The notes under the pieces are model-generated. The model made no database searches and was not told the origin of the DNA. It saw only the letters and a list, made by a program, of their open reading frames with translations. The position numbers and the translations under genes were made by a program. This document shows, piece after piece, positions 1 through 9,765 of a stretch of DNA of 64,000 nucleotides (within the stretch, counting starts at the first letter, position 1; each line of letters starts with the position of its first letter). The DNA comes from Candidatus Saccharimonadales bacterium (lineage in GTDB: Bacteria > Patescibacteriota > Saccharimonadia > QS-5-54-17), in assembly GCA_040903985.1 (NCBI GenBank), contig JBBDUI010000002.1, forward strand, positions 518,038 to 582,037. The letters run 5' to 3'.

Positions 1-863
1 CTGAAGTTGGCCTACTAAATGATAATATCAGTAACCATATCGAGTTTGCTGCTACCGTAATCGACCTGGCTGTACGGGGCTATCTACGGATAGAGTTCAA
101 GGAAACCGGACGGTGGATTAAGAAGCAGAAATACACTTTTCATCAAATCGAGAGTTCCGACAGTTCACTATTACGCAACTATGAGCGCGATATCATCACA
201 GTGCTATTTAAAGAGGGTGGCACAATAGAGCTCGAAGACGTAGACGCTAAAGACATGTACAAGAGTCTGCAGAATATGCACAAAACTCTGAAGCAGAGTC
301 TTACTGAAAAAGGCTTGTATCGAGCCCAACCCGGCTGGGCCAAATCATTGTTTAAGCGGAGCGGTTCTCTGCTAGCTGCAGTAGTGGTAGCCTTTTTCCT
401 GACGCCGATTGCGGGCTTAGCGGCTCTGGCGTTAGCGGCAGGAATAGCTTCTTGGATGGGAGTGGGTACTCTAGCCTCGCGCGTTACCCATGAGGGCTAC
501 ACTGGCTGGGCTAAGATCGAGGGATTCAAGCTGTTTTTAAGTCTGACCGAGAAAGAACGGATGGACTTTCATGAGGCGCCAGAACGTCAACCGGAAGAGT
601 TTAGTAAGTTTCTCCCTTACGCCGTAGCACTGGGCGTGGAGGGGAAGTGGGCCAAGCAGTTTAGTTCTATGACTTTACCGCCACAGGATTGGGCGAATGG
701 GGCTAGTTCAGCGCTCATCACTAATGTTGCCTTTATGAGCGGCCTCTCTAGCGGGCTTAATTCTTACGCTCGCAGTGCCTATAACGGCAGTTCCGGTGGT
801 TTCTCCGGTGGTGGCGGCTTCTCTGGTGGGGGTATCGGCGGAGGCGGTGGGGGTAGCTGGTAG
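1..863 (+). CDS. DUF2207-like predicted membrane protein, 5'-truncated by the window edge; Gly-rich C-terminal tail (GGFSGGGGFSGGGIGGGGGGSW)
   Basis: The reading frame is open from base 3 with no stop before 863. There is a hydrophobic segment and a poly-Gly/Ser C-terminus typical of DUF2207 proteins. Confidence 0.5.
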   Translation, partial: EVGLLNDNISNHIEFAATVIDLAVRGYLRIEFKETGRWIKKQKYTFHQIESSDSSLLRNYERDIITVLFKEGGTIELEDVDAKDMYKSLQNMHKTLKQSLTEKGLYRAQPGWAKSLFKRSGSLLAAVVVAFFLTPIAGLAALALAAGIASWMGVGTLASRVTHEGYTGWAKIEGFKLFLSLTEKERMDFHEAPERQPEEFSKFLPYAVALGVEGKWAKQFSSMTLPPQDWANGASSALITNVAFMSGLSSGLNSYARSAYNGSSGGFSGGGGFSGGGIGGGGGGSW

Positions 864-873
864 AAGTGCTACA

Positions 874-1209
874 ATGCCTAGTATGCAAAGACGCAAATCC
901 CCTTGGCTAGCCGCCCTACTCAATCTGTTTGTACCCGGCACAGGCTATGTATATGTCGGTACTCGTTTTCGATTTGGAGTGTTGCTCATCGCCGCTGTTA
1001 CGATAACGCTGCTAGCACCCCCAGCCGAAGATGCTACGACCATGAGTCGATCCGATATAGAGGCTCTGATCCAGGACCCTAACTTTATGACGATCATGGC
1101 AGCGGGACTACTTATCGCCGCTGCGTTTGCCTATGATGCCTGGAATGATGCTCAAGTACACAACAAGCTAATCGACCTGACGGAAGTGTTAGACGAGACC
1201 GAAGAGTAA
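874..1209 (+). CDS. small TM2-domain-like membrane protein (internal ATG of the 775..1209 ORF chosen as start)
   Basis: Motif KSPWLAALLNLFVPGTGYVYVG resembles the TM2 domain pattern. There is a second hydrophobic helix and an acidic C-terminus. Confidence 0.4.
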   Translation: MPSMQRRKSPWLAALLNLFVPGTGYVYVGTRFRFGVLLIAAVTITLLAPPAEDATTMSRSDIEALIQDPNFMTIMAAGLLIAAAFAYDAWNDAQVHNKLIDLTEVLDETEE

Positions 1210-1257
1210 TTTGGTATTTACATCTGTAGTTCGTATAATCAATAGGGTCTACTACAT

Positions 1258-1332
1258 GGCAGTGTAGCTCAGCGGTAGAGCAGCAGACTCATAAGCTGTT
1301 GGTCGGTGGTTCAAATCCACCCACTGCCACCA
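1258..1332 (+). tRNA. tRNA-Met (anticodon CAT; initiator/elongator/Ile2 not distinguished)
   Basis: Cloverleaf with acceptor ggcagtg/cactgcc, anticodon loop ctCATaa, T-arm ggtggttcaaatccacc, and an encoded CCA. Confidence 0.85.
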
Positions 1333-1435
1333 CGTCAGACTAAACCTTCAGCTTCCGCAAAATAGCGGAAGGTGTTTTACTTTCAGCTTTCGGTTTGTCT
1401 TTCTTCTCCAAACGAAACAGTGCGTTTCGTTTGGG
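1333..1435 (+). repeat. tRNA-linked structured repeat, copy A (terminator-like hairpin plus second conserved hairpin)
   Basis: Begins cgtcagactaaacc directly after the CCA. Hairpin cagcttccgc/gcggaagg is followed by tgttttacttt. A second hairpin is ccaaacgaaac-agtgc-gtttcgtttgg. Homologous copies lie at 24102 and 29057. Confidence 0.7.
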
Positions 1436-1495
1436 TACAATCTAGCTTGGTATTTCTATAGCTACTGAGGTGTCTGGCCTGAACCGTTTAGAGCA

Positions 1496-2086
1496 TTAGC
1501 TAGGATGATAGAACTCAGGGTGGGAGCTTAAGTATTCTTGGAGGGCCTCATAGTAAGGCATAACGTCACCGGAGATGGCTACCTTAGGCGCATCATAAGC
1601 TCCAGCTGCCTCAAAGGTGATTTCATTCTCAATCCAGCAGCGCCCGCCATCGAGACTGGAGAGGAAGGCCGGGGTCATCTTATCTAGAGCGTAGACGAAT
1701 TTGCTCTCCCGGTCTTGGCGTTGTTCATAGGCCTCAATCGCCTCAATCATGCCGGGAAAGTCACTAAAATTCTCCTTAATCTTTATTAGCGACTGGTGCT
1801 CCCGCTCTTTTTTGTCCGCTTGTGCCGCTACATCAAAAGCAAAGGTATCACCGGCGTAAGTTTCGACTAAATCATGAATGAGGGCGTATTTGATGATCTT
1901 ATTAGTGTCGAGCTCAGTATCGATTTGCGGAGCGATAAACCAGGCGAGCAGAGCTAAGAAGTAGGAGTGGTCAACATCGTTCTCAGCTTCATCAGTGCCC
2001 GGGATGTAGAGCGTCCGTTTCACGCCGCGAAAGGTGAGGAGGAACTTTTGAAACTCTAAGATTCGAGTGATATCCGGTTTGCTCAT
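1496..2086 (-). CDS. HD-domain phosphohydrolase (YfbR-like 5'-deoxynucleotidase family)
   Basis: HD motif (DHSYFLALLA ... IHDLVETYAGD). The ORF could alternatively start at 2101, but that would leave only 3 bp before divergent tilS. Confidence 0.6.
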   Translation of the reverse strand: MSKPDITRILEFQKFLLTFRGVKRTLYIPGTDEAENDVDHSYFLALLAWFIAPQIDTELDTNKIIKYALIHDLVETYAGDTFAFDVAAQADKKEREHQSLIKIKENFSDFPGMIEAIEAYEQRQDRESKFVYALDKMTPAFLSSLDGGRCWIENEITFEAAGAYDAPKVAISGDVMPYYEALQEYLSSHPEFYHPS

Positions 2087-2104
2087 GATTGGTACAATCA
2101 TTGT

Positions 2105-3025
2105 ATGGCAAATCGTTTACTAGACAAAGTCAAATTTCCTGCACCGGGGCGATATGTCCTGGCTGTGAGTGGTGGGGTGGACTCGATGAGCTTACTGGAT
2201 ATTATGGTTAAGCATGGCGGTTATGATCTTATCGTGGCGCACTTGGATCACGGTATGCGGATGGATTCGTTTCAAGATATGGAAATGGTACATGAAGTAA
2301 TAGTCGAGCTAGGACTGGAGTTCATCGGTGAGTCGCACCACCTCGGTGAGTTGGCTAGTGAAGCTATGGCTCGGGCGGCTCGCTACCGGCTGCTCGAGCA
2401 AGTTCGTGAGGAGTATAGCGCCGTGGCTATCATCACTGCGCATCATCTTGACGATCGGATCGAGACTATGTTGCTGAATCAGCAGCGGGGGGCGGACTGG
2501 CAGGGCTTAGCGCCGCTCCAGGAGACCGGACTGATTAAGCGTCCTTTGCTTAATATTTGGAAAGAAGAGCTATATGAGTATGCCCGGCAGCACAATCTGC
2601 GCTGGCGAGAAGATAGTACTAATCTAACGCTTAACACGCCACGCAATCATCTCCGAGCTGAACTGGCTAAGCACCCTGAACGTAAACTACAGCTAAAGCG
2701 AGAGCTGGAGCGTAATGACAAACAGCGCCAGCTGCGCGAGGTCGAGCTAGAACGTATCACATCTGAAGTGGCACAGTGTGGCGGGGAAGAGGTATTTATA
2801 AATCGTAGTAAATTTTTATGTTTGAGTACGACAGCCGCGCGAGACGTGTTACTTTGGGTACTGCGCCGTTATCCCGAGCTTGAAGTGTCGAGAGCGCAGA
2901 TTTTGCGCCTAGAGCACTTTATCAAGACAGCGCGAGTAGATAAGCAGTTGCCGCTTAGCGGGACTATTTGTGCCTGTGCTAAGCGCAATGGTATCGTTAT
3001 CTCTACGTCCTGTATACTTAAATAA
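2105..3025 (+). CDS. tilS: tRNA(Ile)-lysidine synthetase
   Basis: N-terminal PP-loop SGGVDSMSLL; length and architecture fit TilS. Confidence 0.8.
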   Translation: MANRLLDKVKFPAPGRYVLAVSGGVDSMSLLDIMVKHGGYDLIVAHLDHGMRMDSFQDMEMVHEVIVELGLEFIGESHHLGELASEAMARAARYRLLEQVREEYSAVAIITAHHLDDRIETMLLNQQRGADWQGLAPLQETGLIKRPLLNIWKEELYEYARQHNLRWREDSTNLTLNTPRNHLRAELAKHPERKLQLKRELERNDKQRQLREVELERITSEVAQCGGEEVFINRSKFLCLSTTAARDVLLWVLRRYPELEVSRAQILRLEHFIKTARVDKQLPLSGTICACAKRNGIVISTSCILK

Positions 3026-3048
3026 TGTAATGATTAGGTGCTAATTTT

Positions 3049-4890
3049 ATGAAACCACAACGAGTAAATATGAAGAAACAGAATCGCAACTTCGGTTTTC
3101 TGGCCGTAGTTATAGTCTTCGTCATGATAGTCTGGGCGCTATCTAATACGACTGAGAACACCGAGCAGGTTTCACTGTCCGAAGTGGTGCGTCAGGTCGA
3201 GGAGGGTAATATCGAGGAGATTATCGTTGAAGGCAGCCAGATTACAGCTGTACCGAACGATGAGAATGCCCCTCGCTTAGTGACATTTCGGGAGGATCCG
3301 GGGGTTAGCATCACTGAGTACGGCATCAATCCGACCGAGGTAGATATAACTACTAGTGACCCAGATGCTGGTGCTGGACGTTTTCTCGATATCTTCCTCA
3401 TCTCGTTCTTGCCTATTATGATCCTGGTTGGCTTCTTCTACTTTATGATGCGGCAGGCTCAGGGCCAGAATAACCAAGCCATGGGCTTTGGCAAGAGTAA
3501 GGCTAAAGTATACGGAAACGACAAAGAGAAGGTGACGTTCGGTGAGGTGGCTGGAGCGGAGGAATCGAAAGAGGAACTGGAAGAAATCGTCGAGTTTCTC
3601 AAAACGCCAAAGAAGTTTGCCGATGTCGGTGCTCGCATCCCTAAAGGCGTGCTGCTAATCGGAGCTCCAGGAACCGGAAAGACGATGTTAGCTCGAGCCG
3701 TTGCCGGTGAGGCCGGGGTGCCGTTTTTCAGTATCTCTGGAAGTGAGTTCGTCGAGATGTTTGTCGGTGTCGGTGCTTCCCGGGTACGCGATCTATTTAT
3801 GAAGGCCAAGAAGAATGCGCCTTGCATCATCTTCGTCGACGAGATCGATGCAGTCGGTCGCCGGCGGGGCTCTGGTCTTGGCGGTGGGCACGATGAGCGA
3901 GAGCAGACACTGAACCAGATATTAGTCGAAATGGATGGCTTCGAGCAGGGAACTAACGTGATCGTGATTGCGGCTACTAACCGGCCCGACGTACTAGATC
4001 CAGCGCTGCTACGCCCCGGCCGTTTCGACCGTCAGGTACGTATGGACCTACCCGATCGCAAAGATCGTGCCGCTATCTTAGATGTGCACCTGGAGAAGAA
4101 GCCGAAGGGCGATGATCTGCAGATCGACTCCCTAGCTGGTAAGACGGCCGGTATGAGTGGTGCCGATCTAGCTAACGTCGTTAATGAAGCTGCTATCTTG
4201 GCTGCTCGTAACAACCGGAAGAAAATCATTAACCAAGACCTAGACGATGCATTTGAGAAGGTCGCTATCGGGCCGGAGCGCAAGAGCAAGGTCATGAGCG
4301 ATGAGGAGAAGAAGCTGACCGCCTACCACGAAGGTGGACACGCCATCGTGGGGCACTTATTGGCTAATGCCGATCCGATTCACAAAGTAACTATTGTCAG
4401 TCGCGGTGGCGCTGGTGGAGTGACCTGGAGTTTGCCGACTGAGGACCGTAACTACCGCACTATCGCCGAGTTTAGAGATTCTATGGCAATGGCGATGGGT
4501 GGTCGAGTGGCCGAAGAGCTAGTCTTTGGACCAGATAAGGTGACGACCGGCGCTAGCAGTGACCTGCAGAACGCCACCGGTACGGCTCGTAGTATGGTAG
4601 TGAAGTATGGCATGAGTGATAAGCTGGCCAACCAGTATTTCGACTCTTCCGATCATTCAATCATCCTCGATCGTGAACTATCTCAGACCAAGGAGTATTC
4701 CGACGCTACGGCCGAGTTAATCGATGCTGAGATCACCCGCCTCCTCCAGGATGCTACCGAGCGCGCCCGTAAGGTAATCGAAGGCAACCGCAAAGCGCTT
4801 GATGCACTGGCCGCAGCACTGCTCGAGCAGGAGACTCTGAACGAAGACGAGGTTCGTGAAATCCTCAAAGACGCTCTCGCCCCTAAATAG
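3049..4890 (+). CDS. ftsH: ATP-dependent zinc metalloprotease FtsH
   Basis: N-terminal TM helix, Walker [12 protein letters not shown] second region, and HEGGH zinc motif. Confidence 0.95.
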   Translation: MKPQRVNMKKQNRNFGFLAVVIVFVMIVWALSNTTENTEQVSLSEVVRQVEEGNIEEIIVEGSQITAVPNDENAPRLVTFREDPGVSITEYGINPTEVDITTSDPDAGAGRFLDIFLISFLPIMILVGFFYFMMRQAQGQNNQAMGFGKSKAKVYGNDKEKVTFGEVAGAEESKEELEEIVEFLKTPKKFADVGARIPKGVLLIGAPGTGKTMLARAVAGEAGVPFFSISGSEFVEMFVGVGASRVRDLFMKAKKNAPCIIFVDEIDAVGRRRGSGLGGGHDEREQTLNQILVEMDGFEQGTNVIVIAATNRPDVLDPALLRPGRFDRQVRMDLPDRKDRAAILDVHLEKKPKGDDLQIDSLAGKTAGMSGADLANVVNEAAILAARNNRKKIINQDLDDAFEKVAIGPERKSKVMSDEEKKLTAYHEGGHAIVGHLLANADPIHKVTIVSRGGAGGVTWSLPTEDRNYRTIAEFRDSMAMAMGGRVAEELVFGPDKVTTGASSDLQNATGTARSMVVKYGMSDKLANQYFDSSDHSIILDRELSQTKEYSDATAELIDAEITRLLQDATERARKVIEGNRKALDALAAALLEQETLNEDEVREILKDALAPK

Positions 4891-4956
4891 TCGAGCCTTA
4901 AATCTATTTGTCCAAATGGGTCCAAGCTGACATAATCTATTCTCAGAGGAATAGAC

Positions 4957-6537
4957 ATGGCAAACAGCGTACTCAAACGTGCTAATAAATCACTAACTAT
5001 CGGTGTAGCTGCCTCGCTTTTAGCGGGCAGCTACTTCTTAAGCGGACTCTTCGGCTTACTTAGGGATCGTCTGCTGGCAGCGCGTTTCGGTCTCGAGGGC
5101 GAGCTCGATGCTTATTTCGCCGCCTTCTCATTACCTGATTTAATGTTTTTCATTCTCGTCTCCGGTGCCTTAACTGTCACTTTACTCCCAGTGTTAAACG
5201 AGCGGTTCGCTGGCGGGAATAAGAAGTCGGCCTGGGAGATATCATCTAGCATCACTAACCTCCTGGGGCTATTAACCTTAGTTGCTAGCGTCATCATCTT
5301 TGCCTTTGCTAATCAGCTGATGGGGCTAGTAGCACCGGGCTTCGATGCCGCGCAGCAGGAGGTGGCGGCTAACATCATGCGTATTTTAGCTCTTAACCCC
5401 TTCTTCTTCTCCCTCTCCAGCGTTTTCGGTACCATTCAGCAGGCTTATGGCCGGTTCTTTTTCTTCTCTCTAGCGCCGGTAATTTATAACCTCGGTATCA
5501 TCTTCGGTATCCTTTATTTGACCGACAGTTACGGTATCTACGGTGTAGCCTTTGGTGTTGTCATCGGTGCTATCGCTCAGTTAGGGATTCAGATTCTTGG
5601 GGTGGCCGGGCTGGGGTTCACCTACAAACCACAGATTTTCTGGAAGAATAAAGGTTTTCGAAAGGTACTACGCCTCATCATTCCCCGCTCAATCGATGAA
5701 GGCTTTGAGTATTTGATCGCTGTGATCGAGCGGGCCATCGCTTCTGGACTGGCGGTCGGTGCCATTGCAGCTTACCAGATTGCCTTTAACTTGAAGAACT
5801 ATCCGATCACGCTAATCGGTACCGCTATCGCGACGGCGGCCTTCCCGAAGATTTCCGAGCGAGCCCTGAGTAATCGGACCGACCTGCTAAAGAAGGAGAT
5901 CTTAGGTGTATTGCGAGCGATTCTCTGGTTTGCAGTCCCGGCTGCAGTGGTTGTGGTCTTCATGCGTGGCTACATCGTGCGTCTGCTTATCGGCTTTGGG
6001 GATATGACGGTTGCCAACGTGCTAGGTTGGTTTGCTGTGGCCATCATCTTCCAGTCGCTACTGCGGCTGGTCAACCGAGTCTTTTACGCTCAACAGGATA
6101 CTAAAACTCCGCTTTACGTCAGTGTGGTGGCCATCATCTTGAACGTTAGCCTAGCTATCTATCTAGCCAACATCTACGGTGTTAGCGGATTAGCCATGGC
6201 CCAGTCGATTGTCGCCATTGTCGAGGTGATAATTCTGATGACAATCCTCTCCCGCCGCCTCGGCAGCTTCATTACCCGTAAATTTATGCGACAGTTGAGC
6301 GGTATCATAGCAGCTTCGACCGTAATGGGTAGTGCGACTTACGGACTGGTCCGTTACGTCTTTCCACTACTAGCGGGAGAGACCGGCTTCTTCTCGCTAG
6401 TGCCGAAGTTTGCGACCATTAGTATCCTCAGTTTTGTCGTCTACATTCTCTGCGGTATCCAGCTGAAGCTGCCAGAAGCGCAGGCAGTAGCCAAACGGGT
6501 GCGCAGCTTCGTCCACCGTCGCGTACCGCTCGGTTAG
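4957..6537 (+). CDS. murJ: lipid II flippase MurJ (MviN family)
   Basis: About 14 TM segments and the characteristic MurJ N-terminus (RDRLLAARFGLEGELDAYFAAF). Confidence 0.85.
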   Translation: MANSVLKRANKSLTIGVAASLLAGSYFLSGLFGLLRDRLLAARFGLEGELDAYFAAFSLPDLMFFILVSGALTVTLLPVLNERFAGGNKKSAWEISSSITNLLGLLTLVASVIIFAFANQLMGLVAPGFDAAQQEVAANIMRILALNPFFFSLSSVFGTIQQAYGRFFFFSLAPVIYNLGIIFGILYLTDSYGIYGVAFGVVIGAIAQLGIQILGVAGLGFTYKPQIFWKNKGFRKVLRLIIPRSIDEGFEYLIAVIERAIASGLAVGAIAAYQIAFNLKNYPITLIGTAIATAAFPKISERALSNRTDLLKKEILGVLRAILWFAVPAAVVVVFMRGYIVRLLIGFGDMTVANVLGWFAVAIIFQSLLRLVNRVFYAQQDTKTPLYVSVVAIILNVSLAIYLANIYGVSGLAMAQSIVAIVEVIILMTILSRRLGSFITRKFMRQLSGIIAASTVMGSATYGLVRYVFPLLAGETGFFSLVPKFATISILSFVVYILCGIQLKLPEAQAVAKRVRSFVHRRVPLG

Positions 6538-6632
6538 TCGGCTGAGACTCGCGCACCTTTCACACCTTACCTGATTGATATAAAGTGGGTGAACAGAGAT
6601 ACGAGCTAATATTTTTTAGAAAGGCAGCTTAG

Positions 6633-8423
6633 ATGGCGAGTGGCGCAGGACCTAACATCCGCAACTTCTGTATCATAGCGCACATCGATCACGGCAAATC
6701 TACCTTAGCTGATCGGATGCTGGAGATTACCGGGACGGTCGAGCAGCGCAATATGCGGGCACAGTTGCTGGATCAGATGGATCTGGAGCGAGAGAAAGGG
6801 ATTACGATTAAACTCCAGCCGGTGCGAATGGAGTGGAAGGATTGCGAACTTAACTTAATCGATACCCCTGGACACGTCGACTTTAGTTATGAGGTGTCGC
6901 GTAGCCTGGCCGCCGTGGAGGGAGCAATTCTAGTGGTAGATGCAGCTCAAGGTATCGAGGCTCAGACGCTGGCTAACGTCTACCTGGCCATCGAGGCAGG
7001 CCTAGAGATAGTGCCGGTACTAAATAAGATCGACCTACCGGCGGCCCAGCCAGATAAGGTAGCCCGTGAGGTCAGTAATCTACTCGGCTGCCAGCCGGAA
7101 GACGTGCTGCGGGTATCGGCTAAGACCGGTGAAGGGGTGGCAGAAGTCTTAGATAAGCTAGTCGCGAGCGTACCGCCCCCGCAGGGCGATAGCGATGGTG
7201 ATTTACGTGCCCTAATTTTCGATTCAATCTATGATGAGTATCGTGGTGTCATTCTCTATGTTCGGATAGTCGACGGTACGCTTAGTTCCGGTGCTTCGAT
7301 CGCTCTGCTTGGCAGCGGTAAGGCTAGTGAGGCGATCGAGGTCGGTGCTTTCATGCCGGCACCGGTAGCCCGTGACCAGCTGTCTAGTGGTGAGATCGGC
7401 TATGTCACTACTAGCTACAAGTCGGTTCGGGAAGCCCGAGTGGGAGATACGCTTACCTTAGCGAAAGGTTCTCGAGCCAAGGCCTTGCCCGGGTATAAGA
7501 CTATCAAGCCATTTGTCTTCGCTGGTGTATTCCCCAGCTCCGGTGATCAGCATGCTCAGCTAAAGGATGCCCTCGATCGGCTGCAGCTCAATGATGCCGC
7601 ACTGCAGTATGATCCGGAGAATTCGCAAGTGCTGGGCTTCGGCTTTCGCATCGGCTTCTTAGGTTTATTACATCTAGAGATAGTTAAAGAGCGCCTAGAA
7701 CGGGAGTATGATCTCGATCTCATCATCACTAATCCTTCGACCGACTATCAGGTGAAGCTAAACAATGGAGAGGAGTTGATGATCCGGACCGCTATCGCCC
7801 TGCCCGACCCTTCGCGGGTGGCCAGTATCGCCGAGCCTTGGATTGGGGGCGAGGTGGTGGTCAAGAAAGAGTACCTGGGTAATGTTATCGGTTTAATTAA
7901 TGATATTCGTGGTGAACAGAAGCATCTCAGTTACCCAGAGACCGACACGGCTCTAATCCGTTTCGAGGCACCATTAGCTAACGTTCTAACCGACTTTTAC
8001 GATCGACTGAAGAGCACGACTAGTGGTTACGGCTCTTTCAGCTATGAGCCGATTGGCTATCGAGTGGAGAACTTAGTCCGGATCGACCTCCTGATTGGTG
8101 GTGAGCTGGTCGACTCGCTGAGTCAGATCGTTCATCGCAGCGAATCATATCGGGTCGGTAAATTGATCGTCGATAAACTTAAAGACGTCATCCCGCGTCA
8201 GCTGTATGAGGTAAGTTTGCAGGCCGCTATCGGCGGCAAGATTATCGCCCGGGAGAACATTAAGCCGATGGGGAAGAATGTGACGGCCAAGCTCTACGGC
8301 GGTGATGTAACTCGTAAGCAGAAGCTACTTAAGAAGCAGAAGGCAGGCAAGAAGCGTATGAAGATGATGGGTCAGGTCGAGATTCCGGCCGAGGCCTTTA
8401 CTGTACTGTTGAGTAAGGAGTAG
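6633..8423 (+). CDS. lepA: elongation factor 4 (LepA)
   Basis: GTPase G1 motif AHIDHGKST and DTPGHVDF; LepA-specific C-terminal domain. Confidence 0.95.
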   Translation: MASGAGPNIRNFCIIAHIDHGKSTLADRMLEITGTVEQRNMRAQLLDQMDLEREKGITIKLQPVRMEWKDCELNLIDTPGHVDFSYEVSRSLAAVEGAILVVDAAQGIEAQTLANVYLAIEAGLEIVPVLNKIDLPAAQPDKVAREVSNLLGCQPEDVLRVSAKTGEGVAEVLDKLVASVPPPQGDSDGDLRALIFDSIYDEYRGVILYVRIVDGTLSSGASIALLGSGKASEAIEVGAFMPAPVARDQLSSGEIGYVTTSYKSVREARVGDTLTLAKGSRAKALPGYKTIKPFVFAGVFPSSGDQHAQLKDALDRLQLNDAALQYDPENSQVLGFGFRIGFLGLLHLEIVKERLEREYDLDLIITNPSTDYQVKLNNGEELMIRTAIALPDPSRVASIAEPWIGGEVVVKKEYLGNVIGLINDIRGEQKHLSYPETDTALIRFEAPLANVLTDFYDRLKSTTSGYGSFSYEPIGYRVENLVRIDLLIGGELVDSLSQIVHRSESYRVGKLIVDKLKDVIPRQLYEVSLQAAIGGKIIARENIKPMGKNVTAKLYGGDVTRKQKLLKKQKAGKKRMKMMGQVEIPAEAFTVLLSKE

Positions 8424-8425
8424 AC

Positions 8426-9025
8426 ATGGCCGAAGAGCTCGAGGCGATCGATCAATACAAGCGAGAGATAGTGATCGATTATTGCCAGCCGATGCAGTTC
8501 GATCCTGAGGCGATGCAGTTTATAGTCGGCAGCGGAACGCCAGTAAGTATACCTCTGGACGGTTTCACTCGTAGTCCTGATCTCGATTTAACCTTAGCTA
8601 GTGAAGTGAGGTCAGATCCCGAAAAGGCGGACGAGCACTTAGTCTTAGATACTTTCGGAAACGTAGTGGTGTTGCCACCACTGCATGCCTGGCTGAGAGA
8701 ATTGAGTGCAGATGAGTCAAGAAAGGGGGCAGTTGAAAGAGATACCGCCAGCTTGATAGGCGAAGTTTACACTTTCTTAGTGCCAGACGATTCGGTTATT
8801 CCCGTGATGGGTTATGATCATATGTCGTTCGGGGCAGCTATTAATCAGCGCGCCAGCTTCTGTTTGATTACTTTAGGTGACTGCACCTGTCTCGGACCAG
8901 AAGGTAGCTCGAGGCCGGATGATGGTTATTATCAGGAGTACAGCTTTCATAATATATTTAATCAGGCGCAAATGATCAGTCTCTATGCTGGAGCCGGTTA
9001 TCTAAGTTGGCTGTCTCGACAATAA
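8426..9025 (+). CDS. hypothetical protein, start 3 nt after the lepA stop
   Basis: 199-aa ORF immediately downstream of lepA with no recognisable motif. Its coding status rests on length and its tight position in the operon. Confidence 0.45.
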   Translation: MAEELEAIDQYKREIVIDYCQPMQFDPEAMQFIVGSGTPVSIPLDGFTRSPDLDLTLASEVRSDPEKADEHLVLDTFGNVVVLPPLHAWLRELSADESRKGAVERDTASLIGEVYTFLVPDDSVIPVMGYDHMSFGAAINQRASFCLITLGDCTCLGPEGSSRPDDGYYQEYSFHNIFNQAQMISLYAGAGYLSWLSRQ

Positions 9026-9126
9026 CCTTGGTATAGTGAAAGCATGTATCCTACTACCCGCACTGAATCGCCAGCCTTCTCGATTAAAATGACGACACAT
9101 CACTCTAAATTAGTGGCGTTAAAAAC

Positions 9127-9684
9127 GTGAAAGGACAGCTATTTGTACTTTCCGGTCCTGGGGGGGTGGGCAAGACGACAGTGGCGTTAGCACTGCTCGA
9201 GCAGATACCGACTCTCGAGCGGGTAGTAACTATGACGACTAAGCAGCCACGCCCGAGTGAGGTAGATGAATCCGACTATTTCTTTGTTTCAGAGGCTGAG
9301 TTTAGGCGCCACGTCGCTAGCGGCGATTTTCTTGAGCATGCCGAAGTGTATGGTCAAGATTTCTACGGCACACCTAGAGCGGCCATCGATGCCGTGATCA
9401 ATGCGGGCAAGCAGGCACTGCTCGTCATCGATGTCCACGGTGGCGGGCAAGTTAAGGCCCACTATCCGAGCGCCCAACTCATCTTTCTTTTGCCGCCCTC
9501 ACTGGAGGAACTAAAACGTCGATTACTTACACGCGGAGAGGATGATGTAGCAGCTATTAATGCTCGGCTGCATGAAGCCACCCGGGAGATTGAGATCGGC
9601 CGAGTTAAATATGATCACTGTGTCGTTAACGATAAGCTCGAGAGGGCGGTAGCAGAGATAGAAGCGATAATTACTGCACTCTAG
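9127..9684 (+). CDS. gmk: guanylate kinase
   Basis: GTG start; P-loop SGPGGVGKTT; Gmk length and motifs. Confidence 0.85.
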   Translation: MKGQLFVLSGPGGVGKTTVALALLEQIPTLERVVTMTTKQPRPSEVDESDYFFVSEAEFRRHVASGDFLEHAEVYGQDFYGTPRAAIDAVINAGKQALLVIDVHGGGQVKAHYPSAQLIFLLPPSLEELKRRLLTRGEDDVAAINARLHEATREIEIGRVKYDHCVVNDKLERAVAEIEAIITAL

Positions 9685-9707
9685 CACTCTTGACTACCGA
9701 GTGCTAA
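9681..9707. promoter_or_regulatory. CIRCE operator (HrcA binding site) cTAGCACTC-N9-GAGTGCTAA, overlapping the gmk stop codon
   Basis: Near-perfect match to the CIRCE consensus TTAGCACTC-N9-GAGTGCTAA, located 59 bp upstream of hrcA. Confidence 0.85.
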
Positions 9708-9718
9708 ATTCGTATGAT
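9690..9718 (+). promoter_or_regulatory. sigma70-like promoter of the hrcA operon (TTGACT-17 bp-TATGAT), embedded in the CIRCE
   Basis: -35 TTGACT at 9690-9695, a 17-nt spacer, and -10 TATGAT at 9713-9718. Confidence 0.6.
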
Positions 9719-9726
9719 GAGAGTAT

Positions 9727-9753
9727 CAGCACTAATCATTAGCGAGTGCCAAA
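9727..9753. promoter_or_regulatory. second, degenerate CIRCE-like inverted repeat cAGCACTa-N9-GAGTGCcaa
   Basis: Partial CIRCE match between the -10 element and the hrcA GTG start. Confidence 0.45.
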
Positions 9754-9765
9754 GAGGTACCTATC

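Noticed and set aside
708-941. 77-aa minus-strand ORF, and the full 775..1209 ORF start
   Set aside because: The minus ORF is antisense to the Gly-rich tail of the DUF2207-like gene. For the plus ORF, the internal ATG at 874 after the upstream stop is a more plausible start than read-through overlap.
3192-4295. Several 66-123-aa minus-strand ORFs inside ftsH
   Set aside because: They are antisense to a strongly supported FtsH reading frame and have low-complexity Ser/Pro/Ala-rich translations. They are a typical GC-rich antisense artefact.
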